NCBI GenBank assembly: GCA_003427395.1
Contig: BFEA01000006.1
Span: forward strand, 4,998,983 to 5,062,982
Origin: Chara braunii
Lineage: Eukaryota > Plantae > Charophyceae
Direction: 5' to 3'
DNA length: 64,000 nt
This document shows, one piece after another, positions 25,855-41,325 of this stretch. A program made the translations under genes and the position numbers. Below the pieces are notes generated by a model that worked only from the letters and a program-made list of their open reading frames with translations, had not been told where the DNA came from and did not search any database. Position 1 is the stretch's first letter. Every line of letters starts with the position of its first letter.

Positions 25855-27189
25855 CTCGGAGGTCCTCGCTCCCCGGGAGGGTAAGCCTGCAATGACTTGC
25901 TGATTTCTGCCGCCGAGATCTGACTGTGAGGTTGTATAGTTGCGTCTTAGAGTCAGATTTGTAATTTTGTGTGTGTCAGGGACTAACCGCCGGTCCGATC
26001 GTGAGGGAAATTTGTGAGGGACATATCTGCAATTTACACGAAAATTGCAGGCCCGAGTTCCCATTAGCCGTTACTGCCCTTAGCAGACCCGGGCTATCAC
26101 TAGGACGGCAGGCCCATCTGGGCCTTCGGCTGTAGAGACGGTCTAGACGCCGTATAGCCGGGTAGGGCCCGGGCCGAGCAGGCCAAACTGATGCGGTACC
26201 TGTCCAGTAGGTCTAGGTTTAGAGTAGGCTAGTCTATTAATAGGACTGAGTCTGTAGTTGAGGGACTTTTGGCTTTTCATTTTCAGCATCGCAGCGTTGT
26301 GAGCCAAGCAAGTTTGGTGGTGGTGATGGTCTACATGCGGCATCCTGAGACCCTCATTGTGGACGGCAGCCATAGCCAGCCTGCCGGTGTTTGCCATAGC
26401 TGGGGCACCCTCTGAGCATCTACCCCTGGGGGTATCTGCGATCGGCTGGACTGTTATGAGGCTCTTCACTGAGCGTATGTGGGTGGACCACTGTCGCCCT
26501 TCGCTCCTTGGAGATTGTCAGGGCTTGTCAGTGCTGTGGCAGCCATAGCTGCCATCTTCTTGTCAGAGTTACTCATCGACACTGAAGGCTTCATCGCGAT
26601 TCATGTTCTTCATCTGGATGGTTGGCGCTGGCCTCTGGGAGGCGGATTCAGTGTTGTGCTACTAACTGGGTGCAGGATAGAGAGTAGTGCGTGGTGTTCT
26701 GAGAGTGGCGAGATACTGAGATGAACTCTGTAATATAATTGGGACAATTGGTTTGAGTTGGCTCATCATCAGTGTGAATCCTATTGTTATCCTTGCAGGT
26801 GTCTTCTTGTGATTGGTTGTTGGGAGTTTGTCAGAGAGTGAGAAAACAATGCGTCTCCTCCCCATCTGTGCATCTGTGAATTCCGCTGCTTATTTTTATT
26901 TGTGTGCAGTTTGGACTCTGTCTCCTCTCCCCTGTGTCTTGTACATATATGGGCGTGCGTGAGATTCTCTGTGTGAGTGGCGAGAAAGTTGTCAGACAGC
27001 CAAGTGCATAACAGAGATAAGTCATAAACAAGCAAATAAACAGGTTTCACCATCCAGGCCACAAAAATAATTCAGAACTGAATCAGTTTTGGGATCTCAG
27101 GCTTCAGCTTAGAATGGAAATGAAAACGTAAACACACAGTAGGAGGATTTACGAAGCCGAGTAGATAGGAAATGTTGCGACTCCCTCGG

Positions 27190-27768
27190 CATACATTCTG
27201 GGCCACAGCAGCAGACAGTCTCGTGGTGTAAGAATGGGCCAAGAGGGCGCAACAACGTCTATGGGCCCAACGTTTCAAAGGTTAAACAACTCCATGATGG
27301 AAAGATGCAGGCAACCAGTCTCGGTGCCGTCAGGCACAGGTCATTACAACCTCTGACAATAGGGGCTGCCCCTACGCTGGGAACATTTCTTTTTTAGCAG
27401 ACACCGCTAGCGCCTGGGGAGAGGCTCCATCTATTGGTGGGGAGCATACGACCAGAGTTACAAAAGGACGAAAAGGGTTCGTAGATCCCGGGGGTATCCA
27501 ACCCACCCCAAACCTTTTGAGGAAATACGATAAAGTGAGGGGGGGACAGATAGTAATGTTAGGCATTCCAGTACCAGCCTGTGGTCAGGCTTCATAGACA
27601 CTCCCCTTACTTGGTCCAAAATACTCTGATGCTAATTCTTTATTGAGCAATTGTAACAGGGGATGCTGAGTCCTCTTCCCAGCAGGTGTTGCTCCCCACC
27701 AATAGATGGGACCACTCCCTGATGGCTTGAGGCGACTGCTCCGACCAGCATGTCAAACTGTTTAAAAA
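27190..27768 (+). mobile_element. LINE 3'-UTR-like copy (paralog of 29750-30248)
   Basis: ~500-bp direct repeat of the sequence downstream of the L1 ORF2 end; ends in a short A run. Confidence 0.55.
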
Positions 27769-30687
<2,919 letters not shown>

Positions 30688-31958
30688 TGATTGAGCAGCT
30701 AAGCTCCTGTTCAACTCAACCGCATGTGAAACCACCATATCTAGCTGTCCACACTCGTCATACCAGGCTTGTGCTCACTTGAACCAAAACCCAGTTCATA
30801 AATGAACCAGGTTCGTTATTTGAGTCCAAAGACTCCAAACCCATTTTATGGACCCAACCCGGTTTATGCAAGCCCATGTCGTAGTCGAACCCCTGGTTTT
30901 GTGCAGTACCAGGTTTGCAAAAAAAACGGCCCACTCCTTGGCTATCTCTGCAACTTAGTCAAAGGCGGATTCTGGACATGGAAACCTGGTTCATCAGTGA
31001 GGCAGGTTTTTCATGTTCATTCGCGGGTTGCTGGTTTTCTGCAGGTTCAGATGCACGCAGATAGACCACACATTTGTGGCTATCACTGTAACTCAGCCTG
31101 AGGCCAAGGACAGGGTCTGACTTCCATGGCGCACCTCTGCAGACCCCACAGTAATGTTCTGCATGCCATCTACACTGCCATTCAACAAGCTGGCAGCCGG
31201 AAAAATATGCACGAGGATGCACTGTCTTTGACGGTGCAGCACTCAGTTGCATTCGTCAAGACTCAAAAGATTAAAAGTCCTTTTAAGCCAAAACAAAAAG
31301 GAAGTCCTTTAAGCCAAACTCCAACAGGAGCTTCAGTCAACCAAAAGAAGTGAATTAGCTGTGCAATTTGTCTGTCATGCTGAGCTGCACTCAAAAGATT
31401 GTAGTCCGTTAAGCCAACTCTCCAACCGGAGCTTCACTCAACCACAAGAAGTGAATGTAACTGTACAAGTTGTCTGTCACGCTGACCTGCATGCCACAAA
31501 AAGACAGACAGACAGAGAAAACAGAAGAACTTCAATGATCCAGATCACCAGATTGAAGTTAAGAATTTGACACTTTAGGAACATAGTTCAACATACACAC
31601 CCGAAAGCAGCTCCCCAGAACCCGGCAAATTAGCATGACATAATTCCAGACGCACCATTTATGATACATCCACACCATCAAGATCATCAAGGCTATGTGA
31701 TGCATGCCTATCCTCAGATATGCAGCACCCGGACTCCAAAGGATCACCGATGTGAATAAAAAAACTCACAGACTAGCAATGCAATCAACAAGGAACCAAT
31801 GTGGATCAAAATCAACACAATGTAATGCAATATAGCACAGCGGAAGACTCAGATCATGATCTCACTCAGCAAACTCAGAACCTGACACACAAACATCATC
31901 ACATACGTGAAAGGGCATGGAGGAAAGGTTCCTCCTTGCTCACACACACATGGGGAGA

Positions 31959-32186
31959 AGAATCAAACAGAAAACCCCAAGAAGCATCAAACATTTCTGA
32001 CAAAATCCATGCTGCGAATTTGATATAACAAGCACTGGCTCCCAGTGCAACCTCATAAAAAGCTATGAAACACAGACCTGAAGAAATTGAAACACAAGTG
32101 GTTGTTACCAAGGCAGCCCCTCGTGAACCAAGAAAGCGACCAAACACGCCTGCTACTAAACTACCGAGTAGAGGTAAGACTACAAT
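31959..32186 (-). pseudogene. nad5: 228-bp mitochondrial insertion (NUMT), nad5 N-terminal fragment
   Basis: [49 protein letters not shown], plant-type ND5 residues ~5-80. Confidence 0.95.
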
Positions 32187-32263
32187 GCGGATGATGGAGG
32201 TGAGATGAGACGAAGAAGAAGGGAGAAGACAAGAAGAATAGCTCAAGGTAGCTGCCAATAGTC

Positions 32264-32416
32264 TGTGGCATACTGTGCAGCCACACGGGCCCTGCAGGGC
32301 CCGTCCCGGACCTCCAGCCTGTTTCCCTACAGGGAAACTTCCAGGCTCTTGCCTGGAAGCTTCCTTCTGACAGGGCCTACAGGCCCCAGCCTGTTTCCCT
32401 ACAGGGAAACTTCCAG
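32264..32416 (+). mobile_element. start of an LTR (same family as solo LTR 36360-37496) running into gap 32417-33411
   Basis: TGTGGCATACTG..GGGCCCTGCAGGGCCCGTCCCGGAC equals the reverse complement of 37449-37496. Confidence 0.75.
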
Positions 32417-33474
32417 NNNNNNNNNNNNNNNNNNNNNNNNNNNNNNNNNNNNNNNNNNNNNNNNNNNNNNNNNNNNNNNNNNNNNNNNNNNNNNNNNNNN
32501 NNNNNNNNNNNNNNNNNNNNNNNNNNNNNNNNNNNNNNNNNNNNNNNNNNNNNNNNNNNNNNNNNNNNNNNNNNNNNNNNNNNNNNNNNNNNNNNNNNNN
32601 NNNNNNNNNNNNNNNNNNNNNNNNNNNNNNNNNNNNNNNNNNNNNNNNNNNNNNNNNNNNNNNNNNNNNNNNNNNNNNNNNNNNNNNNNNNNNNNNNNNN
32701 NNNNNNNNNNNNNNNNNNNNNNNNNNNNNNNNNNNNNNNNNNNNNNNNNNNNNNNNNNNNNNNNNNNNNNNNNNNNNNNNNNNNNNNNNNNNNNNNNNNN
32801 NNNNNNNNNNNNNNNNNNNNNNNNNNNNNNNNNNNNNNNNNNNNNNNNNNNNNNNNNNNNNNNNNNNNNNNNNNNNNNNNNNNNNNNNNNNNNNNNNNNN
32901 NNNNNNNNNNNNNNNNNNNNNNNNNNNNNNNNNNNNNNNNNNNNNNNNNNNNNNNNNNNNNNNNNNNNNNNNNNNNNNNNNNNNNNNNNNNNNNNNNNNN
33001 NNNNNNNNNNNNNNNNNNNNNNNNNNNNNNNNNNNNNNNNNNNNNNNNNNNNNNNNNNNNNNNNNNNNNNNNNNNNNNNNNNNNNNNNNNNNNNNNNNNN
33101 NNNNNNNNNNNNNNNNNNNNNNNNNNNNNNNNNNNNNNNNNNNNNNNNNNNNNNNNNNNNNNNNNNNNNNNNNNNNNNNNNNNNNNNNNNNNNNNNNNNN
33201 NNNNNNNNNNNNNNNNNNNNNNNNNNNNNNNNNNNNNNNNNNNNNNNNNNNNNNNNNNNNNNNNNNNNNNNNNNNNNNNNNNNNNNNNNNNNNNNNNNNN
33301 NNNNNNNNNNNNNNNNNNNNNNNNNNNNNNNNNNNNNNNNNNNNNNNNNNNNNNNNNNNNNNNNNNNNNNNNNNNNNNNNNNNNNNNNNNNNNNNNNNNN
33401 NNNNNNNNNNNGTCTTCTTCAGCGACCTGGATCCGTTGAGTCGTCATCCTTCACTGGTCAGTATCCGTGGGCAT

Positions 33475-33734
33475 TATCATCAGGAGTGAGAGAGGAGAGT
33501 TCTTCTTCTTCATGGCTATGGCCGCCACCAACGTCTCCATTCCAGCCTACTATCCTACTCCTCCATTGCTGCTACTCTACCTCAGCTCTCCGAAACTGGC
33601 GCTGTATCATCAGGAGCGAGAGAGGAGAGTTCTTCTTCTTCGTGGCTATGACCGCCACCAACGTCTCCATTCCAGCCTACTATCCTACTCCTCCATTGCT
33701 GCTACTCTACCTCAGCTCTCCGAAACTGGCGCTG
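33475..33734 (+). repeat. tandem 130-bp duplication inside LTR
   Basis: TATCATCAGGAGYGAGAGAGG...CGAAACTGGCGCTG x2. Confidence 0.9.
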
Positions 33735-36359
33735 TACTCCAGCAGCATGACACTCAACTGATGCTCCACCACATAGTCCCCGAACTGGAGACTGGACCAG
33801 GTATATACCTTTGGGCCTGGCTGGGCTGTGGTCAGGAGCGTCCGATCTACCGTCCGATTGATGGCCCTGACCGCAGTCCCAAGTCCTGGTACTGCATCTC
33901 TGGTCTAACTCGGCCTGCCTGGGTCCCTACCACACGTCCAAAGCTGGTCCACAATGGACAAGGACTGGGACAGGCACTGCAGACAAGTGCCTGGTCCAGC
34001 CCAGATGTGGATGAAACTGAACCTGGCCTACAACGGCCAAAACTGAACTCCACTTGTAGGCCAAAAACTGAACTCCACTTGTCCGAACAGGCGCCAGTGA
34101 AAGACTCCAAAACAACACCATCTGGAACCAGACAAAAATAGACCAGACAAAGTCAGACCCAAACAAGCTCACACCGAATAAACAAATAAATAAATAAACA
34201 AATAAACAAACAAATAAATAAATAAATAAATAAATAAATGCTGAAATAAATCAAACGAACGGGACAAAAATAAACCTGGCCTAGAAAAATGGCTGTGGCC
34301 CTCCAGGTCGCCCAATACACAGGGGCGCGCTGCCTGGGGGCCGAAGTGCAAAAGTCGGGCCTCCTAGGGGCCCACGCAGCAAGTCCCAGCATGCTACCCC
34401 CCCTCCTCCTTCAGAAGCCTGGTTATGGCAAGGGCGAAACTGTCGATCCAAAGGAGGAACCCGAATCCGGTGGTGGCAGATGGGCTGAGCAGAGGATGCC
34501 CCTTGCGTTTCTTGCTTCTTTTACTTGGCAAGGGCATCCGGCACTGTAGCCTGAAGTTCAGTGCGGTTCAGCCAGCGTTCTGCCTAATGGCTGCAGTAGG
34601 AGAAGTGAAAACAGTCCATCGAAAGAGGGTCTTGCAAACGTCACCCAGCGAAGTCATCGCACTCCGCTGTTGGTTTCCTGCGGATTGCCCTGTAATTGAA
34701 TTTAATTACTATTACAGTATTATTACTTACTATCTAGAAATTAAATTCATTCGATCAAAGCTTGGAGAAGTGGAAGACCGGGTGAGCAGGCAAGTGGGTA
34801 GGGACCTTGATGGTGAACGAAGGTTCGTCTGGCTCATGACCAGCAGCAGAAATAATACGCCAAGGCCCCATCCATTTTGGAAGGGGCTGACACCCAAACT
34901 AAGTTACCCTCACAGAATGGGCAAGGTATACACTGCCCGGTAGCCTGTCAGCACATGCGCTGCTGCATGTTTTGCTCACGTGCCTTAAAAAGCAGATCTT
35001 GCATCTGGCGAATGAAGGCGCCGTGGTCTTCGCTCTCGCCCGAGCGGGAAATGATGGAGTCCAAAGGGAAACCGGCCCGCGTGCCTGCTCGGGGAGATAC
35101 CAATTGTCAGGTGAGTGGAAGAGTTGTAAGCCAACTCGGTGTCAGGAAGTTGCTCGACCCAATCCTTTGGTCCGGACAGACGAGTCTGCGAAGGACCAGT
35201 GCAGTTTGATGCACTCTCTCCAGTTGACATCGGTTTGTTAGTGACGGGCGGAACTCGGCTTGAGGGACGCCCCCATTTGGTTCTTAAGACCAGCCCAAAA
35301 GTCGGACATAAACCGAGTGTCGCGGTCGCACACGATCTCCTTAGGAAAGCCCTTGGTACATACCCAACCAGCAAAAGATACCTTAGCCAACTCCAGTGCT
35401 TTAGTGTGATACCTGCATGGAAGAAACATTTAGCCAACTCCAGTGCTTTAGTGTGATACCTGCATGGAAGAAACATCGCGAACTGAGTTAGTCGGTCCAC
35501 CACCATGAGGATGCCATCTGAGTAGTCTACTTAAGGAAACGGTCTGGTGATGTCCATGACAATCAGCACGCATCATTGAGATGGAACTGGTAGGGGCAGT
35601 GATTGCGGGGCTTACAACGTCGACAAACCTTGCAAGACTCGTAATAGCCAGTGACAACGGAGATGAGGTCGGGCCAATAGAAGTGTTGGCTATGTCGACC
35701 GATTGTACGGTTGACACTGAAATGTCCCACTGCAGGAGCGTCATGGAACTCACCAAGTAGGTGTGTACAAAGTCGCCGATTGTTTCGCGTCCAAAGAAGA
35801 TCCTTCACCTGTGAGTGAGGAAGTAAGAACCCATCTGCCATCCAATAGTGCAAAGGCGGCAGGATCCTAGATGAGCATTGCATGTAGATGTCACGAAAGA
35901 TGAGGTCGACCTAGTAGCCGCGGATGAAGTGGCATTGCAGTTCGTCCCGATCTCGACGGTGTGATAAACCACAACTCAAAAGTCCGAACGCCGCAAAAGA
36001 GCATCCGCAAAGCGGTTTGGCTTGGGTTAAATGTGATTGATGACAAAGTCGAAATGGTCAATATAGGCCATCCATTAGGCGATGGTGCTATTGACCATGT
36101 CTGAAGATTTGTAGAAAACCAAAGGATTGTTGTCCGTGACACACGAGCTGCCGGCGGCAACGAAGAAAGTGTCACCACCGTTTGCATGCATGGATACAAG
36201 CCAAAAGCTCCTTCTGTGCATCGTCGATCGAGTGAACGTGGGACACTTTCTTGCTGAAGTACTCAACCAGGTGCCAATGCTCACCATCATGCTGCTCAGG
36301 GATGGCACCAATGCTGCAGTCAGCATCGGCTGTGACACACGTAGGCAAAGTAGGGTCAT

Positions 36360-37496
36360 TGTTGCATACTGTAACGTGGAGACCAGAACAAGAACCGACC
36401 TTTCAATACAAAGTATAAGATAGCACAACGGAAGACTTAGATACCAGTGATCCGAACAATCAATGTTGTAATGCAGTCCTGAACATACATCATCATCATC
36501 GTTACATGGTGTGAATGGGCCTGGCGCTTCACACAGGAAGACAGCGCCAGCCCGTACCATACACAGACGAAGAGGAAGGGGATAGACGAAGAGGAGGGGG
36601 AAGATGGGAATGTCGTCAACACCAAGTCTTCGGCACAAGCCCAAATAGTCCCTCGTCGAAATGTCTGAATCCCAAATGTAAGTCTGGATCCAATGTCGTC
36701 AAGTCTCAAGTCACAACTCTGTCTCTCTCTGTCGTAGTCTGAGAAGTCAGGTGGCGAGAGGGTGAGAAGAGAAGGTGGACTTAGAAGAGGAAGAAGGAGA
36801 ACTCCCTCTCTCTCTGTGTCCAGTGCTAACCTGCGAAGTTGGCGCCTTGATGCAGGTACCACGAAGATGGAGCTGGAGCGATGGCGCCACAGGTAAGTAA
36901 CACTGGCCTCCGCCAGTCTCTCTCCCACTCTACGATCTACNNNNNNNNNNNNNNNNNNNNNNNNNNNNNNNNNNNNNNNNNNNNNNNNNNNNNNNNNNNN
37001 NNNNNNNNNNNNNNNNNNNNNNNNNNNNNNNNNNNNNNNNNNNNNNNNNNNNNNNNNNNNNNNNNNNNNNNNNNNNNNNNNNNNNNNNNNNNNNNNNNNN
37101 NNNNNNNNNNNNNNNNNNNNNNNNNNNNNNNNNNNNNNNNNNNNNNNNNNNNNNNNNNNNNNNNNNNNNNNNNNNNNNNNNNNNNNNNNNNNNNNNNNNN
37201 NNNNNNNNNNNNNNNNNNNNNNNNNNNNNNNNNNNNNNNNNNNNNNNNNNNNNNNNNNNNNNNNNNNNNNNNNNNNNNNNNNNNNNNNNNNNNNNNNNNN
37301 NNNNNNNNNNNNNNNNNNNNNNNNNNNNNNNNNNNNNNNNNNNNNNNNNNNNNNNNNNNNNNNNNNNNNNNNNNNNNNNNNNNNNNNNNNNNNNNNNNNN
37401 NNNNNAACGGGGCCTGTAAGCCCTAAGTTTTAGGCTTTTAGGCTGAATGTCCGGGACGGGCCCTGCAGGGCCCGTGTGGCTACGCAGTATGCCACA
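36360..37496 (-). mobile_element. solo LTR inserted in pol of element C (gap 36941-37405)
   Basis: Termini TGTTGCATACTG...CAGTATGCCACA, 5-bp TSD GTCAT (36355-59, 37497-501); removal restores APVLSIYD-PTLPT reading. Confidence 0.9.
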
Positions 37497-39967
37497 GTCA
37501 TAGATGCTCAGCACCGGTGCGGAAAGCAAGGCAGCCTCGAGTGCTGAGAAAGCTGCTTGTGTAAAAAACGTGGTAGTAGCTGGCGAGTCTGAGGAATGAT
37601 CGGACATCCAAAATGTTATTCTGTTCCAGCCACTCTTGGATGGCTTGATTCTTGTCCAAAAGCGGGCTGATCCCCTGCGGTGTAACAAAGTGGCCCAAGT
37701 ACTCCAAGTCTTGACAGACGAACTCACACTTGTTGTGGTTGGTTTTGTGCTTGGCGCAGCGAAGAATCTCCAAAATGCGGCGTTGATGCCAGAGGTGTTT
37801 GTCCGAAGTTCAGCTATAGACTAGACAGTCATCGAGGTAGACAAGAACAAGCTGGTCTAACATCGCTCAAAACTCATTGGTCATGGCTGCTTGGAAAGTC
37901 GCCGGAGGATTGGTGAGGCTGAAAGACATGACAACCCACCCAAAGCGCTCGTACCACGTCTTGAACACGGATTTGTAACGGTCTCGCAGGCAAATCTTAA
38001 TCTGGTGATAGCCCAACTTCAAGCGTAATTTGGAGAAGAACTTCATACCGCTCAATCGCTTGAGAAGGTCGTTGATGTCTGGGAGAGGACCCGCATTCTT
38101 GATTGTTTGCACCTAGAGCTTGCGATGATCAATGCACAAACGGAAATCCGTGTTCTTCTTCCAAAAGCAGAAAATGGGAACGCCATACGGTGAGCTTTTA
38201 GGGGTAATCCAACCCGTAGGCACTGTCCTCAAGAATGATCTCATGCGAGATGAGACGGTCCGCAACAACACCCGTAAGAGCCTCGAAGACATCCGCAAAC
38301 TCCTCGAGCAACTGAAGCACGCTTGGATCCGAAGAAGCATCCATCGGTGAAGAGCCGGTTGTCCTCACGGCATGAAGAGAACAACGACCGATTTCCGTGC
38401 TCCACTCAAAAGTGCAAGTGGCCCGGAACCTCTTGGCCGAAACAACTTGGCACAGGATCGAACTACACGGAGGTGGTATAGTACACAAGACTTCAATGCT
38501 GAAGGCATCGCGAACCGTAAGAGTCTGACGGTGGAAGTTGACCACGTGATCTGCACTGACAAGCCAAAGCATCCCCAAAATCATGTCGAAGTTCGAGTCC
38601 AAGACATCAAAACAGTCCACCTGTCTTCACTATTTCCTTGTTGGCCACAATACTGAGGAGGGTAAGCTGTTCACCTTCACTCAACTCTTCGACATGTTCT
38701 CCAACCCTCACCTTCTTCTTGATAGCAGCATGCAATGAAGGCAGTGCACCCCTTATGTTGTGCTGCAGTTTGTTCAGGCTGAAGGGGAATGCAGGCGAAA
38801 ACATCATGCCTACTGCTGCTCTCTTCTTTCTCATCACTCTTGCTGTTATCCTCCTCTTCGGTGTTTGCAGTCTTGGCTGCCTAATGTTGGGGAGAGGGAG
38901 AGCCTGGCACCTCGTTGCTTCTAACCTATGCAGGTGTGACTGCACCAATTACTGCACGACCCGTTTTGCCTGCATGTATTTTTTGTGAACTGGCATGTCA
39001 GTACGTCCCACCAGACGCAGTCCGAGCACTGCCGCGTTGTAGAAGAATGGCTGTGAAAAGTACTGGTGGTTGAACTCCGTGTTTTCTGCTTGGACACCAC
39101 CTGCACTGGTGCCCTCTGCAGCCACAGATTGTACTGTCCCTTCTCTATTCTCCCCTCAAAGCCTCCTGCGTGACTCCTCCTCACTTCCATGGCGGCGAAC
39201 AATTTCACTGTCTGCCTGAGGATCCATGGTTATTCGGAACTGCTGTTCTGCTGCCTCTGCTTCCCATTTTGCCCGTTTTGTATGCACTGCTACAGCGCAA
39301 CAAGAATAGACCGAGCATGCTTCCCCTGAGGCTTAGACTGCACAACACCCTCTTCCCTCTTTTGCTCGACTTGCATCCATACGGAAGACCCACTTGTCTC
39401 ACCTCTTGCTTGCTTTGTTGTGATGCTCGAGTGGTCTTCAGAGCCTGCTCTGATCGCAAAGCTTCACCTGTCTGGCTAAGTGGCTCTGCAATTCGTCAAC
39501 TCAATTCTTCAACTCTTCGTGCTTAGCGCATAAAACAGCTTCCAACTCCTCTCATCATGAAGTGATGCATGAGGAGCTTTTGGTCCAGCTCAACGTCAGG
39601 GTCTGCCGCAGGTGATCTGACTCTTGGATAAGGTCGCCCGCTGGTCCCCTATGTGGCTGCTGTGACAGAATGATCAACCGGTCATATACTATATGTCCTC
39701 CCTAGCGATTGACAGGTGTCTCTCCAGCAGACTGCAAAAGTTCTCCCATGACACCTTTTGCATGTAATCCTCCAGTTTGCCTTCCATTAATGCCTCTGTT
39801 TTGGCCCACGACTTAGCAGCATCTTCCAAGTTACTTATGGCCAACTGGAAGCTTGATAATGGTATCCGTCATCTGGTAGTATGCTACATGACGCTTCACT
39901 TCCTGCAGCCAGACCTCGTCGACGTCTTCAGGCAGTCCCTTAAAAGTTGGAGGGGACTTAAAATCCT

Positions 39968-40327
39968 TGATTATGTGCAGAAGACCAACAGAATTGAGTA
40001 CAACTGTATTTCAATATACTGTTTATGCTTCCAAAATACAGCGTCTGCACTTCGTGTCCAGCATGTCTTGCTGCACTTCGTGTCTGGAGCTGTGATGCAA
40101 GCCCCCTGACGCTTATACGAGATGAGGCCGGGCTCGATTTGGATGAATGATTATGTGCAGAAGACCAACAGAATTGAGTACAACTGTATTTCAATATACT
40201 GTTTATGCTTCCAAAATACAGCGTCTGCACTTCGTGTCCAGCATGTCTTGCTGCACTTCGTGCCTGGAGCTGTGATGCAAGCCCCCTGACGATTATACGA
40301 GATGAGGCCGGGCTCGATTTGGATGAA
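39968..40327 (+). repeat. near-perfect tandem 180-bp duplication
   Basis: 39968-40147 vs 40148-40327, about 2 mismatches. Confidence 0.95.
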
Positions 40328-40328
40328 G

Positions 40329-40388
40329 TTTCATATCATGACTAAATCCTAATTTCAAGATAAGTATGGAGCTCTGTGGATTAGTACT
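40329..40388 (-). pseudogene. rpl6: mitochondrial rpl6 fragment (NUMT)
   Basis: STNPQSSILILKLGFSHDMK vs bryophyte/charophyte-type mt Rpl6 STNPQGSILYLKLGFSHEI (from memory). Confidence 0.8.
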
Positions 40389-40423
40389 CTTTTTTTTTCT
40401 TATTTCCAAATTCAAACTTAAAC

Positions 40424-40480
40424 AGTGCTCAAAATCACTCCATAGATAAGTAATAAGATAGTTGCATTTATAAGAAAGAT
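40424..40480 (-). pseudogene. nad2: mitochondrial nad2 fragment (NUMT)
   Basis: IFLINATILLLIYGVILST vs plant ND2 N-terminus EIFLINATIILLIYGVVFST. Confidence 0.85.
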
Positions 40481-40629
40481 TCGACAAACTTGGACCGCGA
40501 AACCAAGCACGTTGCATACTTGAGAGTTAAGGACACTTCTTCGTGTGTTGTACGCTCGACAAATGGGACTAAGCAGGGCGCTAGCCAGACTTCTGGGGTA
40601 GACATGCTTATACTCCTTTCAGGCAACTA

Positions 40630-40758
<129 letters not shown>

Positions 40759-40826
40759 TTACAATAAGTAAATACATATTTCAATTTTTTTTTTTTAATT
40801 GACGATCTTGATAGTTGATTCCATAC

Positions 40827-40850
40827 AGCCCAATGCTCTACCAACTAAGC
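40827..40850 (-). pseudogene. trnK: 24-bp tRNA D-arm fragment, like plant mitochondrial trnK(UUU)
   Basis: GCTTAGTTGGTAGAGCATTGGGCT. Confidence 0.55.
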
Positions 40851-40995
40851 AGAGGCCTCAAAAGTCTGGCCAACGCCCTGCTTAGTCCCATTCGTCGAAC
40901 GTACAACACACGAAGAAGTGTCCTTAACTCTCAAGTATGCGATGTGCTTGGTTTCGCGGTCCAAAGTCCGTCGATTTAGGCTCCTTCCCCTCTGC

Positions 40996-41181
40996 CGGTA
41001 GGTGCGAAGTGTTCCACCAATTTACAAAGAATTTCATTATTGGTATATTTATGAGACCTATACAAACAAAAAGAGAAGCTACATCTGCAGAAAAGAATAG
41101 AAAACGTAATGCACCTAAATAGATAAATAGCAGTATTAATACGGAAGTGTTTCGAGCATCCCAAACCCAAAAGGTTCCCCA
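40996..41181 (-). pseudogene. ccmC: mitochondrial ccmC fragment (NUMT)
   Basis: WGTFWVWDARNTSVLILLFIYLGALRF..SADVASLFVCIGLINIPIMKFFVNWWNTSHLP, WWD-domain motif. Confidence 0.95.
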
Positions 41182-41325
41182 TGGAAGGATAAGAAAGATA
41201 ATTAATAGCCCATTGGAACTGTTTGTAAGAAACCATTCTAACTAAAGATATAAATAAAGATACATATAGTGCCGGACAAGTGAAAATAAGGCCTCAACCA
41301 TACATATCGCTCTTCGTTTCTAGTG

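Larger units (their letters stand above)
22952..27008 (+). mobile_element. non-autonomous (internally deleted) Ty3/gypsy LTR element B
   Basis: Direct repeats 22952-24066 and 25888-~27008 starting TGCAAYGACTTGCTG; purine tract GGGAGGG before the second; internal part lacks gag/PR/RT/RH. Confidence 0.85.
33412..39960 (-). mobile_element. degenerate Ty3/gypsy chromovirus (element C): 3' LTR to 34391, PPT 34396-34411, IN/RH/RT/PR relics to ~38620, gag-like relics to ~39950
   Basis: VVDRLTQFAMFLPC, IVCDRDTRF, KLGYHQI, LCIDHRKL, FDMILGMLWL; gag-like LEDAAKSW..SWENFCSLLERH near 39.7-39.85 kb (may be a separate element); many stops; LTR probably continues left to ~31.6 kb. Confidence 0.85.

Noticed and set aside
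31899-32258. Functional nuclear nad5 gene with Ser-rich presequence
   Set aside because: Only ~76 residues of ND5; the flanking codons come from LTR-like sequence.
32264-37496. Apparent 5.2-kb DNA transposon with 48-bp TIRs and GTC duplication
   Set aside because: The right arm is the end of a solo LTR with its own 5-bp TSD (GTCAT); the left arm is a second, oppositely oriented LTR copy.
41182-41300. Possible ccmB-like fragment (LTNSSNGLLIIFLILP)
   Set aside because: Too short and ambiguous to assign; left as an unassigned organellar-like piece.
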